Shown one piece after another: positions 60,360 through 64,000 of a DNA stretch of 64,000 nt. The translations under genes and the position numbers were made by a program. Source of the DNA: Botryllus schlosseri. Taxonomy: Eukaryota. Within the stretch, counting starts at the first letter, position 1. The number at the start of each line of letters is the position of its first letter. Where the stretch lies: the NCBI GenBank assembly GCA_051294905.1, contig CM119385.1, forward strand, positions 10,540,001-10,604,000, written 5' to 3'. The notes below the pieces were generated by a model. That model saw only the letters and a program-made list of their open reading frames with translations. It did not search any database and was not told the DNA's origin.

Positions 60360-61658
60360 TCAGCTCCCGCAAGCGATCGAGAGTCGAATACCTTGATTCA
60401 GTTCATCATCCGTCCAATCTGAAGCATCATATCGACGTGGATGATCAGGGTATTGAGGTTCCGCCCAAGCCACTTGGCTATTACCTCGGGACGAGTGTGC
60501 AGGCGGTAAAGATGACTTTGTGTCACGCACTTCCTTTGTTTCCTGGTTCCTAGGGCACGTCTCTTGTTCATCCAGAAACTCGGAGTTCCAAACAAATTGT
60601 AGCTCCTCCGCAACGTCCCGCCAGGTTTTCTCTTCTTCCCAGCCTCGTAACATCAGTCTGAGCGCTTCTGGAAGTCGTTGTCGTAAATTTCGGAAAAGAC
60701 GCAATCCATCCGGATTATCCTCAATAAGACTATCCATGTCTATTTCTAGTTGTTTCAAAGCGCTATTCAGCAGAGGTAGCGGCTCATCCGCCCAGCGATA
60801 ATTTCTGCGGAAATCCCCAATGATCTTTTCATCATTTACCAAACCCTGGGGGTTGGATAAGGAAAGGGATCGCATCACCGATTCCCATTCTGCTTCCCCC
60901 GAATTGGTATTAAAAAAATTTCCCAGTTGGATAGCCTGCTTGTGTCTGCCAGCCGCCCGCAATTTCTTCTGCATCGCATTAGCCAAAATAACATCAGCAT
61001 CTGTATTCCCGGGACCGTGACGTATTCGTCGCATCGAATTTTCCATCCACTTTAATAGTGGCATGTCTCCAGGATCCATCATTAGCTGAAGCATTTCTTT
61101 TTCTGATTGGATTTTAATGGGTACATTAATCATTGGAACCGTAACTCCAGGATATTGGTGTAGCTTTTGTCGCCCTGGTCTTACCCCATACTCCTTCGGC
61201 GTAGATGTAAAACGAGGCATATTTGGATAGTCCGGTATGTCCAGCCGGTCCTCGTCCGAACTTTCTTCCGAGGTATCTTTGGAATTTCGAAGAGACTGTC
61301 CAGTCCTTTTTATTTCTTGAGCCAATTTTCGCATCATAGTATCGTAATAGTCCTCCTCAGCGTCGTCCGCATCTTCTCTAGTATCACCCTGTTCTCGGTA
61401 GGTCACCCGTCGGGATTCGCCATCCGCACTTCTCGCTCGTCTTCGAGAATCCTTCTCCTCGTTACGACGTTCCTGCCATCCTCGATACCCCATATACTTA
61501 TCTAAGGGACTCTTTTTTGGTTTCGACGCAACGGGGGGCTCGCTCCCCCCAAGTCTGATGAGGCTTGGCATTTCCGCGGGGTTTTGCTTTTTCTGTTTGG
61601 TGCGTGCTCCACTTTCCACATGGAAACATGGTGTTGTTCCCCTGCCAGAATCTGACAA
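60360..61658 (-). CDS. Gag/capsid-like ORF (432 aa)
   Basis: A long intact ORF directly upstream of the protease, with a charged disordered N-half and helical, Trp-containing C-half. No zinc knuckle. The capsid call rests on position and composition. Confidence 0.6.
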   Translation of the reverse strand: MSDSGRGTTPCFHVESGARTKQKKQNPAEMPSLIRLGGSEPPVASKPKKSPLDKYMGYRGWQERRNEEKDSRRRARSADGESRRVTYREQGDTREDADDAEEDYYDTMMRKLAQEIKRTGQSLRNSKDTSEESSDEDRLDIPDYPNMPRFTSTPKEYGVRPGRQKLHQYPGVTVPMINVPIKIQSEKEMLQLMMDPGDMPLLKWMENSMRRIRHGPGNTDADVILANAMQKKLRAAGRHKQAIQLGNFFNTNSGEAEWESVMRSLSLSNPQGLVNDEKIIGDFRRNYRWADEPLPLLNSALKQLEIDMDSLIEDNPDGLRLFRNLRQRLPEALRLMLRGWEEEKTWRDVAEELQFVWNSEFLDEQETCPRNQETKEVRDTKSSLPPAHSSRGNSQVAWAEPQYPDHPRRYDASDWTDDELNQGIRLSIACGS

Positions 61659-62205
61659 CGCAGTCGAGTGGTAGCTTAGGATAGACGGCCGTTACAGTAT
61701 GACAATCCAGACCCTTGCGAACCGTCATTGTGGGTCCTTGTTTTACGTCCCCAGACGGCAGTTCAGCGAGAGGAGCGTAAGCCGGAGGATCATATTCTGG
61801 TGCATCTGGCGATACTGTCAAAACGGGAGGTTGGATTCTATCTCGCGTAGCCTGTGCATGCGACTTTCCGAGCTCAAACTCTGACGTAAGAATGTCATTC
61901 AGCACGTCGGTGGATACCTTCCCGCTAACTTTTGTTGTGGCATCACAAACAGCTTTGAGGTCTGCTTGAGCTTTTCGAACCTCTTTCTTTGCCTTCTCCA
62001 GACCCTTCATAGTTTCTGGTAAAGCTGTCTTCACCTCTTTTAATAGTTCCGTTTGTTCAGCCACATCTTTAGCAAGTTGTCTTTCTTGTCTCCGAACGTC
62101 TTCATGGCGTTTTTGTGTTGCTCTAAGCAGGGTAATGCCCTGTTTAAGTTCATTTGTCGCTTCTGGCGACTTTTTCCTTTTAAATGCTTTCAATATTCTT
62201 CGCAT
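61498..62205 (-). CDS. Coiled-coil, matrix-like ORF with PPxY and YPxL motifs (235 aa)
   Basis: Basic N-terminus MRRILKAFKRKKS, a heptad-rich segment, PPAY at 61777-61788 and YPKL at 61672-61683. Overlaps the next ORF by 161 nt. Confidence 0.65.
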   Translation of the reverse strand: MRRILKAFKRKKSPEATNELKQGITLLRATQKRHEDVRRQERQLAKDVAEQTELLKEVKTALPETMKGLEKAKKEVRKAQADLKAVCDATTKVSGKVSTDVLNDILTSEFELGKSHAQATRDRIQPPVLTVSPDAPEYDPPAYAPLAELPSGDVKQGPTMTVRKGLDCHTVTAVYPKLPLDCVVRFWQGNNTMFPCGKWSTHQTEKAKPRGNAKPHQTWGERAPRCVETKKESLR

Positions 62206-62213
62206 TGCACTTC

Positions 62214-62480
62214 CTATTGACTGGAGGAAGTACTGTTGACAAATATTAGATCAGGTGAGGATGCGTTGAAAAAGACTGTAGGTCCATGTGGCGTATTCGT
62301 GGGTTGGACGTAAGCAGTGGATTCGTTGCTGTTAGATCCCAAAAATACGTTCAACAGATTAGAAAACGCTCCAGGCGATACGTGCAGATAAATTGCTGCC
62401 AATATGATCAGGAGGGATACAGACGATGAAAGCAAGGATACGACAAGTACAAGTTTTACGATGGTCGTCTTAGAAAGCAT
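62214..62480 (-). CDS. Small single-pass membrane glycoprotein ORF (88 aa from the ATG at 62480)
   Basis: A hydrophobic run of about 24 aa (IVKLVLVVSLLSSSVSLLIILAAIY) is followed by three sequons (NES, NAS, NST). The stop lies 8 nt before the next ATG. Confidence 0.6.
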   Translation of the reverse strand: MLSKTTIVKLVLVVSLLSSSVSLLIILAAIYLHVSPGAFSNLLNVFLGSNSNESTAYVQPTNTPHGPTVFFNASSPDLIFVNSTSSSQ

Positions 62481-64000
62481 CGATTGGTCAACGTCTGAGC
62501 ACCGGAAGTTCCCCGTACTGGCCACCAATTTAGTTTTTATAGTGCAGCTCCACAACGATTGTTATGCGAGTAGTCCACACTTGTTCGGGTTACTTCCTAG
62601 TAAAGCGTTGCCTTTCGTTTGCTTTAGTATCCTGACGACGTCTGTAAATGGTGATTGGAGCAACAACAGTTGTAGGATTGTTTCTTCTCAAGTTGACAAT
62701 GACCCTGGGGTCCAGAATTTTAATCTACCTTTATCTACTGATAATCTAGAAGCTTAATACAACCAAATACTCCAATTAGTTAATTGCGCAGACGGAAATG
62801 TGGTAACTCTATGCAAAGCTTGGTTAAAATTGGCATACACATCATCCATCAATTATAACACAAGGCATGGTTTAACCTATACGTCATCATACACAATTAA
62901 CAAACATTTTCAATACTCCAAGGTTTGTTTACGCATATAATTGATGCGACGGCCTTTCCTGCCGAAAAGCAGCTCCAATCAATACAATCATCATCACAAT
63001 ACATTACGTTCAATCGTATGTTCAAATACATGCATTGCAATATCTAAATTCATTCACAATATTTCTCATAACAATACACAAGGCAATTGACATTAAGGAC
63101 GTCACATCTTCAGTACAATTATCATTACTATAAGCCTACTAATCGGCCCGTGTGATACTATCCCTAACTGTCAATATTCCTATGATTTGTTCCATTGAGG
63201 TCTTAAAATATTAGCAATCTTTTCTTGTTTTACTTCCAAAATCATATCCTAGTCAAAGGTTGTATCGGGGTTTTATATTTTATAATGTTTATCATTATTT
63301 TTATCAATAACGGTTCGCACCCGAAAATCTAGGATTTTGTTTCCGTTAAACTAGGGGGTGATAATGTCCCTAGGGTCCTGCTTAAAGGTAAGGGCGTAGC
63401 AGTGTATAACGCCTGGCTAATTATATCACAATATCACAAAGCAGCAGTTGCGACGAAATAAACATCAAATAAACCGTGAATCGTGAACCATTAGATTATA
63501 TACCTTGTGCACAGTGTACAACACAATGGGTCCTGACCGTTAATACATAGCGTAGGTCAGTTATAACGCTTTCAAGGGCTAATAAATGCCTGCAGGCGTA
63601 GTACTTGCTAATAAATTACTACAATAACTACCAATTATTCACATATTAATTATCATTAACTCATGCACATATCTAAGACACAAAATGTTAGCGCCATTTT
63701 AAGGCAACCGGATGGTAATAATCAAAGATACAGCAATACAATGCTTCATCACAATAAGGAACGTTGGCGTCACTATGCAATAACGTAACTGGGGAATACC
63801 CATCGCTTATGTAATGACTATCGTGTTCCGTCGTCATGCAGCAGATTGATTTATGCCATCGACCGTCCAACGCATCCTTTCCGATCTCCACCACCATATG
63901 TTCAGAACACGTTTCGCAATTGTACGTTCGAGTACTTAGTCTTGTGCATCTATTTTTCGGACCCGATTTCTTTGACTCCCTTGATCATGAAACAATTCTT

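Larger units (their letters stand above)
58282..63700 (-). mobile_element. Element 3: unclassified LTR-type retroelement (TM sORF, gag-like, protease, integrase-like; no RT seen)
   Basis: A co-oriented minus-strand ORF cluster with a retropepsin motif. The left junction begins TG at 58282 inside a MITE. No paired LTR or TSD is visible, so the right boundary is approximate and may lie beyond the window. Confidence 0.7.

Noticed and set aside
63690-63696. TGGCGCT on the minus strand as the PBS of element 3
   Set aside because: Only about 7 nt resemble a tRNA-Ser 3' end, it is not preceded by CA, and the adjacent sequence does not match the 58282 end, so no LTR pair is supported.

Overview
AT-rich, repeat-dense animal genomic DNA, probably from an ascidian or similar marine invertebrate (inference from 55-70 nt introns, transposon types and the gene family). 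The backbone is a tandem array of three plus-strand paralogs encoding secreted signal peptide-Ig-EGF(n)-ZP proteins. Gene A shows only its 3' end (904-~6800), gene B is nearly complete (14460-46082, six EGF modules), and gene C shows only its 5' part (51219-54943). Two related Ty3/gypsy (Mag-like) LTR retrotransposons lie at 7594-11740 and 29404-33574. Both have a YLDN reverse-transcriptase motif and no tRNA primer-binding site. In both, the bases just after the 5' LTR are complementary to a segment inside their own LTR, suggesting self-priming and/or poly(A)-signal masking. A third, unrelated minus-strand retroelement (~58282-63700, possibly running past the window) encodes a small transmembrane glycoprotein ORF, a Gag-like region with a basic N-terminus, coiled coil and PPxY and YPxL late-domain motifs, a decayed aspartic protease and a non-catalytic integrase-like ORF, with no RT found. 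Two inverted-repeat elements carry minimal hammerhead-ribozyme motifs (12323-12493 strong; 512-863 weaker). The rest is hAT MITEs (many with 8-bp TSDs, some nested), Chapaev3-like remnants, tRNA-derived SINEs and simple repeats. All calls were read by eye and no database search was run.
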